A stretch of 64,000 nt of DNA from Candidatus Uhrbacteria bacterium (GTDB lineage: Bacteria; Patescibacteriota; Patescibacteriia; UBA9934; GWF2-40-263), in NCBI GenBank assembly GCA_016206085.1, contig JACQSF010000005.1:1337-65336 (forward strand). Direction: 5' to 3'. Below the pieces are notes generated by a model. That model saw only the letters and a program-made list of their open reading frames with translations, was not told the origin of the DNA and did not search any database. The position numbers were made by a program, and so were the translations under genes. The stretch's first letter is position 1. Each line of letters starts with the position of its first letter. This document shows positions 38,110 to 49,688 of this stretch, in pieces.

Positions 38110-38850
38110 CTAGGCGAGGGCGTGCATCTGGAAGCCTAGACCGGTGGTCAGTGTTTGCATGGGCTCGACCTCGAAGAGGTGACCCCACTGCTGGCAACCG
38201 GTCGACTCCCAGAAACGGGCGAAGGTGCTCAGGTCGACGTGATAGGTTCGGCGGCGGTGACCGTCGAGGAGTGGAATGAGGATCCCGATTCCGAGCTCAT
38301 CGGCCAATTCCTGGATCCTGGTCGCTGCATCCTTGAAGACGCTGGACTCGGCCCTCTCCAGGAGATCCCCTTCCACCCCGTAGTCCACGTGAATGGTCGG
38401 AATGATGGAATTCGTTGAATCGATCATCGAGACTTCTTCTGCGGCACGGTACTGGTGCCACAGTTGATGGAGGATCGTCATCCCCGTCATGCTGGCCGCG
38501 CCGCAGGGTGCGTGGATACAGAGGTTGACCGAGGTGATTCCCTTGAGATCAACCCCCTCGGCCTGACGGATCTGCTCGAGCAGGTTCCGGCTCATACCAG
38601 GGTAAAGGGTGCAGGTGGGATCGACGTTCATCGCTCCCCCGTGGCAGCAGAACAGGTGTGGACGAAAGATCCGTCCGCTGCGGATGGCCTCCCGCCACTT
38701 GTGGAGGATGAGATCCTTCATCTGGTCGCCGTCCGAACAGGCGACAACGATCTGGCCATTGCGGCCACGGGCGGTGTAGTCCTTGAGAACACCCCCCTCA
38801 CGCAGAACTCTGATCACCTCTCGATCGAACGCTGAAAGCCCAGCTGTCAT
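38110..38850 (-). CDS. Beta-carbonic-anhydrase-like Zn-binding orphan protein
   Basis: IVVACSDG (CxD), HGGA loop, IHAPCGAA (HxxC); SD GGAG before the ATG at 38850. Confidence 0.5.
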   Translation of the reverse strand: MTAGLSAFDREVIRVLREGGVLKDYTARGRNGQIVVACSDGDQMKDLILHKWREAIRSGRIFRPHLFCCHGGAMNVDPTCTLYPGMSRNLLEQIRQAEGVDLKGITSVNLCIHAPCGAASMTGMTILHQLWHQYRAAEEVSMIDSTNSIIPTIHVDYGVEGDLLERAESSVFKDAATRIQELADELGIGILIPLLDGHRRRTYHVDLSTFARFWESTGCQQWGHLFEVEPMQTLTTGLGFQMHALA

Positions 38851-38888
38851 GAGCACTCCGAGGGTTGATTTTGATTCGACGAGGCGAA

Positions 38889-38917
38889 AGAATAACAGAC
38901 TTCGATGAATAGATCAA
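38889..38917 (-). promoter_or_regulatory. Sigma70-type promoter of the CA-like gene
   Basis: TTGATC-17 nt-TATTCT with extended TG. Confidence 0.55.
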
Positions 38918-38958
38918 GGCATTTTTGTGAAAAATGACAGGATCCCCAAGCAAACAAA

Positions 38959-38986
38959 CAAAAAACAGAGGATAACTCTGTTTTTT
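38959..38986 (-). terminator. Terminator at the end of the atp operon
   Basis: AAAAAACAGAG-GATAA-CTCTGTTTTTT. Confidence 0.65.
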
Positions 38987-38988
38987 GA

Positions 38989-39429
38989 CTAGGAGGTTTT
39001 TCCCACGTCTCGATACTTCTTCCGCTTCATCGCCACACGGTGCCGCGCGAGCTCTCGCTCAAGAATCGCGGCCGCATCGGCAAAGGCGACGTCGTCCACA
39101 TGCCGCTTCTCCTCAAGGAGTTGTCGTGCCCGTTCACGTGCCTCTTCTATTTTTTCGAGCTCGAGTTCCTCTGCGCGCTCAGCGGTGTCTGCTAGAACGA
39201 TCAATTTGTTTCCGGGACGTACCTCAAGAAATCCCGTTGATGCAACCAGATACTGCGTTGCTCCATCCTTACGCAACGTCAGTTCTCCTGCGCGCAGATT
39301 GGCGACGAGTGGAATATGATCTGGCAAAACCGTCACCTCCCCCATATCCGTCATAACCGAAACTGAATCCACCTCGTCCTCATAAACGATGCGTTCTGGC
39401 GTGACAATGGAGAGATGAAGTTTCTTCAT
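38989..39429 (-). CDS. atpC: ATP synthase epsilon subunit
   Basis: IVTPER, GEVTVLPDHIPL, GFLEV, LADTAER. Confidence 0.95.
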   Translation of the reverse strand: MKKLHLSIVTPERIVYEDEVDSVSVMTDMGEVTVLPDHIPLVANLRAGELTLRKDGATQYLVASTGFLEVRPGNKLIVLADTAERAEELELEKIEEARERARQLLEEKRHVDDVAFADAAAILERELARHRVAMKRKKYRDVGKTS

Positions 39430-39438
39430 AACGTGGAT

Positions 39439-39560
39439 GTCCCCCTTTTTAAGGGGGACTACAGGGGGTTACGAGTCTGTCGATCCGTAACCACCCCCAG
39501 CCCCCGTAAAGGGGCGTGACCCCCACGGGGCTTTACGCCCTCCTTAAAAAGGAGGGGGAC
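39439..39560. repeat. Composite palindromic element (CCCCCTTTTTAAGGGGG / CCCTCCTTAAAAAGGAGGG inverted pair)
   Basis: GTCCCCC...GGGGGAC ends with two inverted sub-hairpins. Confidence 0.8.
39505..39537. mobile_element. 33-bp CGTAAAG...CTTTACG mini-insertion, copy A (TSD CCC)
   Basis: Interrupts a repeat whose empty form is at 20458-20494; adds a CCC duplication. Confidence 0.75.
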
Positions 39561-39565
39561 CGAAA

Positions 39566-40969
<1,404 letters not shown>

Positions 40970-40980
40970 TTACTTAGCCT

Positions 40981-41122
40981 CGTCATTGCGAGAAGGGAGC
41001 TTGTCGTCGACCGACGACGTAAAGTCGCGTTGCGACCACGTCGCTTTACGCGAAGCAATCCTCAAAGATTGCTTCCCGCCACGGCTTCGCCTCGCGGCTT
41101 CGGCTGGTCGCTCGCAATGACG
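40981..41122. repeat. CGTC-tagged long palindromic element
   Basis: CGTCATTGCGAG...GAAGCAATC/GATTGCTTC...CTCGCAATGACG. Confidence 0.85.
41018..41050. mobile_element. 33-bp CGTAAAG...CTTTACG mini-insertion, copy B (TSD CGA)
   Basis: Flanked by CGA direct repeats; same scaffold as copy A. Confidence 0.75.
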
Positions 41123-41135
41123 GACGGTTGTCATA

Positions 41136-42044
41136 CTATCCTTCGAGTGCCGCTTTTCCACTGGAGATTTCCGCGATCTCTTGCGTGATGCCGGCCTGAC
41201 GAGCTTGGTTAAACGTGAATGTGAGATCGTCGATCATTTCCCCCGCCGCGTCGCTGGCGCTTCTCATAGCCATCATACGAGCAGAGTGTTCTGAGGCGGC
41301 GGATTCCAGCACCGCCTGGTAGACCATCGTCTCGACGAGCCGCGGAAGAATCCGATCAAGGACCTCGCGCGGACTGGGCTCAAACGTGTAGGCACTTGCT
41401 TTTGTGAACTTCATGTCCACGTGCCCAGCTTGTTGTGCTTGACCAACGCTCTTTACTGTTTCGACGGACAATGGGAGGAAGTCGAGAATGACGGGCATCT
41501 GGCTGACTGCACTGACAAAATCCGTATAGGCAAGCACGACCTTGTCAAACGACCCCTTGGTATATTCATCGACGATCATGCGACCAATGGGCAAAACTTC
41601 CTCAAATTTCGTGTTGTTGGTAATCTCCAAAAAACTTGCCAGGACGGGAACTTTCAGACGTTTGAGTGCGTCAGCTCCGCGTTTACCAATACACACAGCG
41701 TTGACTTGCACACTATCCCCCAAGGTTTTGATTGCCTCACGCGTGCGCCGAAGAACATTCGTGTTGAACCCACCGGCAAGGCCTCGATCGGATGTAATGA
41801 GCAAGAGGAGTACGGATGTTGTTTCACGATGGCGGTGCAGGAGCGGATGAAGGCTCGTGTCGGTAAGGTGACCAATCGATTGAATCGTGTTCCACGCAAG
41901 CTTCGCATATGGCCGCGATGCCAATACCGCGCTCACGGCTTTGCGCATTTTGCTGGCCGCAACCAGCTCCATGGCTTTGGTGATCTTGCGGGTATTCTTG
42001 ACGGACTTGATCCGACGTTTAATGGCTCTGGTTTGAACGGCCAT
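41136..42044 (-). CDS. atpG: ATP synthase gamma subunit
   Basis: KITKAMELVAASK, SDRGLAG, ARQAGITQEIAEI. Confidence 0.97.
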   Translation of the reverse strand: MAVQTRAIKRRIKSVKNTRKITKAMELVAASKMRKAVSAVLASRPYAKLAWNTIQSIGHLTDTSLHPLLHRHRETTSVLLLLITSDRGLAGGFNTNVLRRTREAIKTLGDSVQVNAVCIGKRGADALKRLKVPVLASFLEITNNTKFEEVLPIGRMIVDEYTKGSFDKVVLAYTDFVSAVSQMPVILDFLPLSVETVKSVGQAQQAGHVDMKFTKASAYTFEPSPREVLDRILPRLVETMVYQAVLESAASEHSARMMAMRSASDAAGEMIDDLTFTFNQARQAGITQEIAEISSGKAALEG

Positions 42045-42051
42045 AGACCTG

Positions 42052-42127
42052 GGTCAGGTAGTGCAGAGGAAAAAATTCTTGCTGGCAAAGCCGGGCCAAG
42101 TAATTTTTTTCTCTGCACTACCTGACC
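42052..42127. repeat. Long intergenic hairpin element, copy 2
   Basis: GGTCAGGTAGTGCAGAG...CTCTGCACTACCTGACC with the same core as 22726-22798. Confidence 0.85.
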
Positions 42128-42133
42128 TCAACA

Positions 42134-43636
42134 TCAATTAAAAGTCTGATTAAAATCTTCGATAAGCTTCTTGAGGCCAGCTTCGATTTCGTCTGTGATC
42201 GTTTTTTCAGTCTTCAACGCATTCATCACTTCAACTCCTGATGAGAGCAGATACTGCTGGAATGCTTCCTCCCAATCAACGATCTTCTCAACTGGAATCT
42301 GATCGATAAGTCCGTTGATCGCCGCAAACAACACGGCGACCTGCGCTTCAAATGGAAGTGGATGATATTGTGGCTGCTTCAACAGTTCTGTAAGCCGTCG
42401 TCCACGCTCGATCTGCTGTCGTGTACCGGCATCGAGGTCAGTAGCAAACTGGGCGAACGCTTCAAGCTCACGAAACTGGGCAAGCTCCAGTCGCAATTTC
42501 CCCGCCACCTTTTTCATCGCCTTGGTTTGCGCGGCTGATCCCACTCGGGAAACAGAAAGTCCCACGTTGAGCGCTGGGCGAATACCACGGTAGAACAAGT
42601 CCGTTTCAAGATAGATCTGTCCGTCGGTGATGGAAATGACGTTGGTTGGGATATACGCAGACACATCGCCAGCCTGCGTTTCAATAATTGGGAGCGCCGT
42701 CAACGATCCCCCACCGTTCTCTTCGTTGAGTCGCGCGGCGCGTTCGAGCAAACGGGAGTGCAAGTAAAACACGTCCCCTGGATAGGCTTCACGGCCTGGA
42801 GGTCGACGAAGCAACAGAGAAATTTCTCGATACGCCCAGGCTTGTTTTGAGAGATCGTCATAAATGACGAGCGCATCTTCGCCCTTTGCCATAAAGTATT
42901 CTCCGATAGTGCAACCGGTGAACGGAGCGATATACGAAAGCGCCGCCGGATCTGAAGCACCAGCCACGACCACGGTCGTGTACTCCATCGCTCCGGTTTC
43001 TTCTAGCCGCGCAACGATTTTTGCAATCTTGGATTCCTTTTGTCCAATGGCCACGTAAATGCATTTCACGTTCTGACCTTTTTGGTTGATGATCGTGTCA
43101 ACGGCAATGGCGGTCTTCCCGGTTTGTCGGTCACCAATGATAAGTTCACGTTGACCACGCCCAATAGGAATCATCGAGTCGACAGCCTTGATGCCTGTCT
43201 GAAGCGGAACCCCTACAGATTTACGTGTCATCACGCCTGGAGCAATTTTCTCGATTGGATAAAACGTTTTTGCCGCAAGCTTACCTTTTCCGTCCACCGG
43301 GTTTCCCAATGGATCGATCACTCGTCCAAGAACCTCGTCTGAAATAGGCACGGACAAAATACGACCCGTTGTCTTTACCGTATCTCCCTCTTTGATTTTA
43401 GAAGCTTCTCCCAGCACAACGGCTCCCACACCGTCCTCTTCAAGGTTAAGAGCCACACCAAAGACGCCGCCCGGGAACTCAAGCATCTCAGAAGCTTTGG
43501 CTCCTGAAAGCCCGCTCATACGTGCCGTGCCATCTCCCACAGATAAAACAGTTCCAACTTCTTCTTGTTTCGCTTCCGTATGAAAGTTTTGGAGCGCCCC
43601 CCTAAGCGCCTCAATAATATCCGTTTTTGTTGTCAT
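42134..43636 (-). CDS. atpA: ATP synthase alpha subunit
   Basis: [23 protein letters not shown]. Confidence 0.98.
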   Translation of the reverse strand: MTTKTDIIEALRGALQNFHTEAKQEEVGTVLSVGDGTARMSGLSGAKASEMLEFPGGVFGVALNLEEDGVGAVVLGEASKIKEGDTVKTTGRILSVPISDEVLGRVIDPLGNPVDGKGKLAAKTFYPIEKIAPGVMTRKSVGVPLQTGIKAVDSMIPIGRGQRELIIGDRQTGKTAIAVDTIINQKGQNVKCIYVAIGQKESKIAKIVARLEETGAMEYTTVVVAGASDPAALSYIAPFTGCTIGEYFMAKGEDALVIYDDLSKQAWAYREISLLLRRPPGREAYPGDVFYLHSRLLERAARLNEENGGGSLTALPIIETQAGDVSAYIPTNVISITDGQIYLETDLFYRGIRPALNVGLSVSRVGSAAQTKAMKKVAGKLRLELAQFRELEAFAQFATDLDAGTRQQIERGRRLTELLKQPQYHPLPFEAQVAVLFAAINGLIDQIPVEKIVDWEEAFQQYLLSSGVEVMNALKTEKTITDEIEAGLKKLIEDFNQTFN

Positions 43637-43641
43637 ACGAT

Positions 43642-44028
43642 TTATGCGTTTCTAAGAGTCTGATTCAAGTGGGCGAGATGTCCTTCAATGGAACCGTCCA
43701 TGATTGTTTGGTCAATGCGGAGTTTCGCTCCCCCGATAATTTCTGGACGTACTTTTTCTCTCATCTCCGCACCCGGAGCCAATGCCTCCAGTTTCTTTCG
43801 CAGTGCGACCGTGAGCGGATGAGCCGTTTCGATCTTCACCGTTGCGGCTCCATAGGTTTCTCGCCAGACGGTCTCAATCGCTTCAATCACACCCTTCACG
43901 CGGTGAGTTTCGTTGCGTGATGCGAGCAGGGCGACCAATTGTGCTGCCGCACTCTCAACCTGTTGAATCGTAGCCCCCCTAAGCGCGGTAACAAAGGCAC
44001 GAGTAAGTTGTTTCTCATTTCGTCTCAT
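43642..44028 (-). CDS. atpH: ATP synthase delta subunit (short)
   Basis: ETAHPL, PEIIGG...IMDGSI; operon position. Confidence 0.85.
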   Translation of the reverse strand: MRRNEKQLTRAFVTALRGATIQQVESAAAQLVALLASRNETHRVKGVIEAIETVWRETYGAATVKIETAHPLTVALRKKLEALAPGAEMREKVRPEIIGGAKLRIDQTIMDGSIEGHLAHLNQTLRNA

Positions 44029-44036
44029 ATACAGAA

Positions 44037-44059
44037 CGCAGGCTAAAGCCTGCGGCTAC
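44037..44059. repeat. Single GTAG-type REP overlapping the atpF stop
   Basis: CGCAGGCTAAAGCCTGCGGCTAC, same family as 17467-17517. Confidence 0.85.
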
Positions 44060-44615
44060 CACTCATATCATCGACAACCGCCTCTGCCAGTTTGGTGGCC
44101 TTTTTTTCATCAACTCCATCCTCAAGGATCTTGCGAGCCGCTTCAACCGCAATCGCCGCGATCTCTTCACGAGCGTCGCGGATCATCTGCTCTTTCTGTG
44201 CTTCAAGTTGAACTTTCCCTTGAGCGACGACTCCTTTTACTTCCTCCTTCGCCTTCGCAAGCAGTTCCTTCTTTCGATCCTCGGATGCGCTACGGGCTTC
44301 CTCCAGAATCTTGGTCGCTTCTGACTTTGCCGTAGCGATCACCTCTTTGTGTTCAGTCTCGAGCTCGCGGACTCGTTTTTCTACGTCATCTGCTTGCTTC
44401 ACGCTGCGCTCTATTTTTTCCTGACGCTCTTCCAAGAGTTTTACGATCGGCTTGTAGACCCATTTCCAGAGCACAAATAGCACAACCGCAAAATTAAGAA
44501 ACTGAGCAAGAAAAATCTTGAGGTTAATTCCAAGCGTTCCCAATCCACCACTGGCTTCCGTGGAGGAGACGACTTCCTGTGCCGCTTGTGCGACTTGTTG
44601 AACTTCTGAAGACAT
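44043..44615 (-). CDS. atpF: ATP synthase b subunit
   Basis: LGINLKIFLAQFLNF TM, YKPIVKLLEERQ, coiled coil. Confidence 0.93.
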   Translation of the reverse strand: MSSEVQQVAQAAQEVVSSTEASGGLGTLGINLKIFLAQFLNFAVVLFVLWKWVYKPIVKLLEERQEKIERSVKQADDVEKRVRELETEHKEVIATAKSEATKILEEARSASEDRKKELLAKAKEEVKGVVAQGKVQLEAQKEQMIRDAREEIAAIAVEAARKILEDGVDEKKATKLAEAVVDDMSGSRRL

Positions 44616-44626
44616 AGTTTAAGTAA

Positions 44627-44685
44627 ACAGGAGACTGTAAACGGTGGACAGAAATACCCGTCTACCGTAAACCGTCTACTGTCTA

Positions 44686-44688
<3 letters not shown>
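44627..44688. repeat. Inverted heptamer tandem repeats (GTCTACC/GTAAACC type)
   Basis: ...ccgtctaccgtaaaccgtctactgtctacta facing ggagactgtaaacggtggacag. Confidence 0.6.
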
Positions 44689-45007
<319 letters not shown>

Positions 45008-45010
<3 letters not shown>

Positions 45011-45832
45011 CGCGTGAGCTGGCTGGTGTTCTCCTTCCTCGTGTCCATGATCTTGTGTCGCCACCGTCAGATACGCAAGAGTCAACATCGCAAACACCGT
45101 AGCTTGAATGGCTCCAACCAAAACTTCCAAAAACAGAAACGGGATCGGCAGAACGTACGCAAAGATTCCAAGCATGACGGTCAAGAGAACTTCTCCGGCA
45201 AAAATATTCCCAAACAATCGTAACGACAAGGAAAGGACTTTGGCAATTTCGGAAATAATTTCGATCAGACCAACAGCGAACTCAATGAACGCCACAAGAA
45301 TAGCCATGGGACCCTTATTGATTGAACGAAAAATCCCTCGAACGTTTACGAATTTGCTTAGATGAGAGACGGGACCCAATGTGATCAAACCAACGATATG
45401 TGAACTTATGACCACAAACAAAGCCATGGCGAGTGTGAGATTGAGATCACTCGCGGCCGGTCTCAACAACGGAATAAGCTCAAGCTGTCCTTCGTGCAAG
45501 CCCCAGACACCGATAGATCCTGTTCCAGGCAACAATCCAAGCCAGTTGGAAAATAGAATAAAGAGAAAGATCGAACCAACAATGGGAAGAAACTGTTTCG
45601 CCCGTTTAAGATCACCCGTGACCTTTTGGACTTCGCCAAGCATGAACTCGACTGTGGCCTCAATGAGGTTGTGAACACCCAAAGGAACAAGACCCCGACG
45701 TCGATTTGCCACAAACGCAACAATAAGGAAAAAAAACACGGCAATCCAGCCGTTGATTATCGCATTGGTAATTGGAAAACTTCCAATGTGGAAGAGGGGT
45801 TCGGCTGCCGCTGGTGGGATGAGCAATTCCAT
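45008..45832 (-). CDS. atpB: ATP synthase a subunit
   Basis: NWLGLLPG, SLSLRLFGNIFAGE, IQATVF. Confidence 0.96.
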
Positions 45833-45835
45833 ACG

Positions 45836-46078
45836 TTACTTGTCTTCGTTCATCAGGGACTCGTAGGCGTTTTTGTACATTTTTGCCTTGCGCACAACGC
45901 AGTAAGCAGTCAGGACAAGGGCGACAACCAGCAGAAGAATCAGCAATTGAGGTTCTGTACCATAGCGTTCGTCCAACCACTTGCCTGCGAGTGCTGCCAA
46001 GACGGCGGGTACGGCAATCGTTCCGCTGAAGTCAGCAAAGATGCGTCCCGCAAGCCTGTAATACTTCGCGTCACTCAT
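45836..46078 (-). CDS. AtpZ/AtpI-family protein
   Basis: IAVP...GKWLDERYGT two-TM pattern at the head of the atp operon. Confidence 0.8.
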   Translation of the reverse strand: MSDAKYYRLAGRIFADFSGTIAVPAVLAALAGKWLDERYGTEPQLLILLLVVALVLTAYCVVRKAKMYKNAYESLMNEDK

Positions 46079-46194
46079 AAATAAAGGCGTGAAGAGTGTA
46101 CCGGATAAATCTCCCAGGGTCAACAGAATCTCGAAAATGTGTCCCCAGAATCAAAGTGTGCACTAAAAAAGACGCGAGTTTTGTCTCGCGCCAT

Positions 46195-47490
46195 TCAGTC
46201 GTCGTAGGATCCACCCGTTTCAAAGACGGCTCTGAAGTATCCGGGACGACGAAGGTCATCGTCTTGTTGGAGGGCTCGGATCAATCCCTCCAAGTGAATC
46301 CCCTCACGTTCCATTTGAGGATCCTCTGAACGCGCCATCAAGAGAACCTCCACTTTCAGCGCCCAGAGGTTTTCGTCCACTCCCGAACGCATGGATTCCA
46401 CCAGAGCAACGATCCGTGCCCGCATTCCCTGGTAGCGTGTCGAGCGAGTCACCGTCAGTCCCTGTGGAGGGACTACTCGAGCGGTCAAATCAGGACGAGC
46501 GATGAACCCCACGGAAGGCACTGCAGCCTGGGGCACCTCAGAGTCCTTGAGAGCAAGTCGTGCGGTTTCGTCGGCAAGGCGCTTGCGTTCGTCCGCTTCC
46601 TGTTTGCGCTTGAGCTTGCGTTCCTCTGCTTCTTCATCATGGCGACGTTGCTCATCCCCCAGTCGAAGATCAGCAAGACGCTTGCGTTCGTCCGCCTCAC
46701 CCTGGATGGCGAGGCGACGCTTGAACGCTTCCTCCTGCTGGATCTGACGTCGACCACACTCCGCTGCGTCTTGATCAAATCGACGTTGCCTTTCCTCGGC
46801 CTCGTCGGCCAGGCGCTTCTTGCGTTTGGCTGGTGTCTCCTTACCACGAACGGCTGCCTCCTCGCGGAGAATTTCAGCGGTAGCTCGAGTCGTGTCCTGG
46901 ATCTGTGCGAAACCATGGACAGATTGAGGTGGATCGACGACGGCCGGAGCAGAAGCTGCGTCAGGCGTCGACGGGGTCTCATCTCCAACACTAGCCTGAC
47001 CTGCCTCCTTGCGTGTCTTCTTGTTGTCGCGGCGGGGGCGATCATCGTCCGTCCTGGAGACGCTCAGGCTCACGAGTGTGGGAGTCGAAGCCTGAACTTT
47101 TGCACCGCGTAGGGCAGAGAGTTTGAGAGCCGATGTTGAGGCGGATGCCTGAGTCACAAGTGGCGATGGAGAGGACGAAGAAACTCCTGTTACACTCGAA
47201 GGTGACACAGCCACAGAACGAATCGGTGTCACAGTTGATGCTGCTGGGGATGCAGCTCCTGCAAGCTGTTGCCATTTCCCGACGCGGGAATCGCCTGCGT
47301 TCTGGGCGATGAAGGCCGTGGAATCGAGCAGAAACTCCTCTGCCCAATCAATAACATCCTTGGAAAGGCCAGCGGCGTCTGCGGGGTCGATCTGATCGAC
47401 CTCCTTGAGTGCCTGCACAGCCGCATCCAGATCCACTCCCTTTTGGATTACCTTAGAGAACAAAGCAATCCAGGCGGTTTTCTTTTCCAT
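46195..47490 (-). CDS. Orphan protein with Ser-rich linker and charged coiled-coil repeats
   Basis: Own promoter, GGAGG SD and terminator; repeated EADERKRLAD-like units. Confidence 0.65.
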   Translation of the reverse strand: MEKKTAWIALFSKVIQKGVDLDAAVQALKEVDQIDPADAAGLSKDVIDWAEEFLLDSTAFIAQNAGDSRVGKWQQLAGAASPAASTVTPIRSVAVSPSSVTGVSSSSPSPLVTQASASTSALKLSALRGAKVQASTPTLVSLSVSRTDDDRPRRDNKKTRKEAGQASVGDETPSTPDAASAPAVVDPPQSVHGFAQIQDTTRATAEILREEAAVRGKETPAKRKKRLADEAEERQRRFDQDAAECGRRQIQQEEAFKRRLAIQGEADERKRLADLRLGDEQRRHDEEAEERKLKRKQEADERKRLADETARLALKDSEVPQAAVPSVGFIARPDLTARVVPPQGLTVTRSTRYQGMRARIVALVESMRSGVDENLWALKVEVLLMARSEDPQMEREGIHLEGLIRALQQDDDLRRPGYFRAVFETGGSYDD

Positions 47491-47527
47491 GTGTCCTCCA
47501 TGAGTTGCTGTTATCAGACAACAGCCA

Positions 47528-47556
47528 AACCTATCAGTTTGAACCTGCCCTGTCAA
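47528..47556 (-). promoter_or_regulatory. Sigma70-type promoter
   Basis: TTGACA-17 nt-TAGGTT. Confidence 0.6.
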
Positions 47557-47625
47557 TCAAAATCGACATAATTTTGTTCAGTTTCTATAAAAAGTGTTAC
47601 TTATTATCAAATCGGCCAGGTTCCT

Positions 47626-47654
47626 TTGACATGAGCAGCACTTTCAGCTAATCT
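47626..47654 (+). promoter_or_regulatory. Sigma70-type promoter (divergent)
   Basis: TTGACA-17 nt-TAATCT. Confidence 0.6.
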
Positions 47655-47711
47655 CATCCTCTGGCGTTTTGGTAGACGTCCAGTGTCCAGTCAACCCACG
47701 GAGATCGTGAC

Positions 47712-49283
47712 ATGAGCCTTCCCTCCGCTTCAACCGCCCTCGCCCTCCCGGAACGCGTCCCCGCGCTCCTGCGGATCTACAACGATCTGCTCGACCTGGC
47801 CGCGCGCGTGCTGCGCAACAGCCTCAAGCGCGGCCGCGGCAAGCCGCCCAGCCTGGGGCAGTGCCGCAAGATCATCGAAGAGCACGTCGTGTGGGATCCC
47901 AAGTCCCCCGGCGTTCCCTTCGTCGCCCACGCCCCCTTCGCCGTCAGCCGCGAGACCGTCGGCTGGACCATCCGGCAGAAGACGACGCGCGACGGTGTCC
48001 CGGTGTTCGAGGGCGACAAGCCCAAGACCATCCTCGCCGCCGTGAAGGACTTCGTAATCGCCTGTGAGGTCAACATGCCTTCGGGCAAGGGTGGCGCGCG
48101 CGAAGATCGGCAGGTCGTCCCGCTCATCACCTGCGACGGCCGCGGTGGGCTCATGCCCTACGTCACGATCGACGAGCAGGGCGAGATCCTGCCCGGCGCC
48201 CCGCTGCTGTCCATCTTCATCCGCGACTTCGACCCAAGGGATCCCAAGAAGTCCAAGGACCGCGTCCGCGCGATCCCGCTGGGGCTCGCGAGGATCGAGA
48301 ACATCGACCGCTGGAACACGGTGGTCGCGCGCATGGCGTCTCAGGGCGGCAGCTCCTGGCAGCACATCCAGGCCATCCCCAACAGCCTCCTGCGAACGGT
48401 CCAGTACCTGACGCTCCAGCCCGGAGGACTCACGGAAACCCAGGGCCAGATGGCCATGTGGAAGCGTTCCGAGGACTTCAACCCCGACAGGCCCGACTTC
48501 TGGATCGTGGAACGGCTGCTGGGCAAGGCGGCGACGCTGGACCCCAGGAGCCGCAGCATCATCATCCAGGGCGAGGGCCGCGAGGCCGACGTTCCGGAGC
48601 AGATCTTCCTCATCGAGGAGGGCTGGAACTCGGTCGTCCTGCGGGTCTGGGGTCTCCCCGGGCAGCTCGGCGAGATCAACCTGCGCGAACTCGACATCGA
48701 GGAGACGCGGCTGGACGTGCTGGCCCTCTTCCGGGTCAGCTACTACGAGGTCAACCCCCGCAGCGGGGTCGCCATCCTGCGCGCTGCAATGGGCAAACCG
48801 CCCATGGATCAGCTCGTCGCGTGGGGGCTCATCCCACCGGACAGCAGTGTCGATCTGGCGCGTTCGACCCTCAGGGGCATGTCCACCATGATTCGTCAGC
48901 GGGTGGAGGAACAGGTCACCACGGCCTACAACGACCTGGTGCGCCTGCTGGGACCCGGTGGGGCGCAGAACCACGGCCTGTCCCTCGCGGACGCGCTTGG
49001 CTCCACCAGGGAGCACCCCGTCGAGCCCACCCCGGAGCTGCTCCGGCAGGTGCACGACAGCATCGACGAGGATCTCCTCGCGGTAGCCATCGTCAGCAGT
49101 TCCGTAGCCAAGGAGCTCGGGCTGGAGGTCTGGGCCGGCGACTGCTGGGTTCTCGTCGAGACCCGCAAGACGCTCCTGCTCGCCCTGGCCGCCTCGGCCG
49201 GGATCGAGATGGCGCCCCCGCCCACGCCGCCCGAGGCTCCCGCGGCCGCCACCGGCGACCAGCCGCCCGCCACGACCCCCTGA
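47712..49283 (+). CDS. GC-rich orphan protein, 523 aa
   Basis: Strong GC3 bias in this frame, GGAG SD, upstream promoter and downstream terminator. Confidence 0.75.
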   Translation: MSLPSASTALALPERVPALLRIYNDLLDLAARVLRNSLKRGRGKPPSLGQCRKIIEEHVVWDPKSPGVPFVAHAPFAVSRETVGWTIRQKTTRDGVPVFEGDKPKTILAAVKDFVIACEVNMPSGKGGAREDRQVVPLITCDGRGGLMPYVTIDEQGEILPGAPLLSIFIRDFDPRDPKKSKDRVRAIPLGLARIENIDRWNTVVARMASQGGSSWQHIQAIPNSLLRTVQYLTLQPGGLTETQGQMAMWKRSEDFNPDRPDFWIVERLLGKAATLDPRSRSIIIQGEGREADVPEQIFLIEEGWNSVVLRVWGLPGQLGEINLRELDIEETRLDVLALFRVSYYEVNPRSGVAILRAAMGKPPMDQLVAWGLIPPDSSVDLARSTLRGMSTMIRQRVEEQVTTAYNDLVRLLGPGGAQNHGLSLADALGSTREHPVEPTPELLRQVHDSIDEDLLAVAIVSSSVAKELGLEVWAGDCWVLVETRKTLLLALAASAGIEMAPPPTPPEAPAAATGDQPPATTP

Positions 49284-49299
49284 GGCCACGCCTCAACGC

Positions 49300-49352
49300 C
49301 CGCTCGAAGCAGAACCACCTCGTGGTACCTACTCTCGAGCGGCTTTTCTTTT
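49300..49352 (+). terminator. Intrinsic terminator
   Basis: CCGCTCGA...TCGAGCGG-CTTTTCTTTT. Confidence 0.55.
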
Positions 49353-49358
49353 CCGACA

Positions 49359-49488
49359 GAGACCTCTGCAAAAGTCGCGATCTTGCGGCTTACGGGCGCC
49401 CGCCGACCCCACTCTCCCTATGTTGCATAGGGTTCGTGGGGCTCGGCAGCCCGTGCACCGCAATCTCATCGACTTTTGCAGAGGTCTC
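49359..49488. mobile_element. 130-bp MITE with IS5-family-like TIRs and 4-bp TSD
   Basis: 19-bp TIR GAGACCTCTGCAAAAGTCG / CGACTTTTGCAGAGGTCTC with GACA on both sides. Confidence 0.85.
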
Positions 49489-49547
49489 GACAAGATTAGA
49501 CCTGTTGCCAAATAATTTTATGCCTGTTGATTCACCTCTGAAACCAA

Positions 49548-49688
49548 CGATCAATTATGTCCGATCGGACATAATTGATCGTGCCCACAAATTGGTTAGG
49601 CACAAAATGATAAATCTTTCCTACAAAAAATCGACCATCGCTGGTCGATTCCCTACGATCAATTTTGTCCGGTCGGACAATTTAGATC
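49548..49688. repeat. Two TGTCCG(A/G)TCGGACA palindromes
   Basis: Perfect 34-bp palindrome at 49548-49581; degenerate copy at 49656-49688. Confidence 0.8.

Noticed and set aside
47730..49289. 519-aa antisense ORF
   Set aside because: Shadow of the GC3-biased + strand gene, which has the promoter, SD and terminator.
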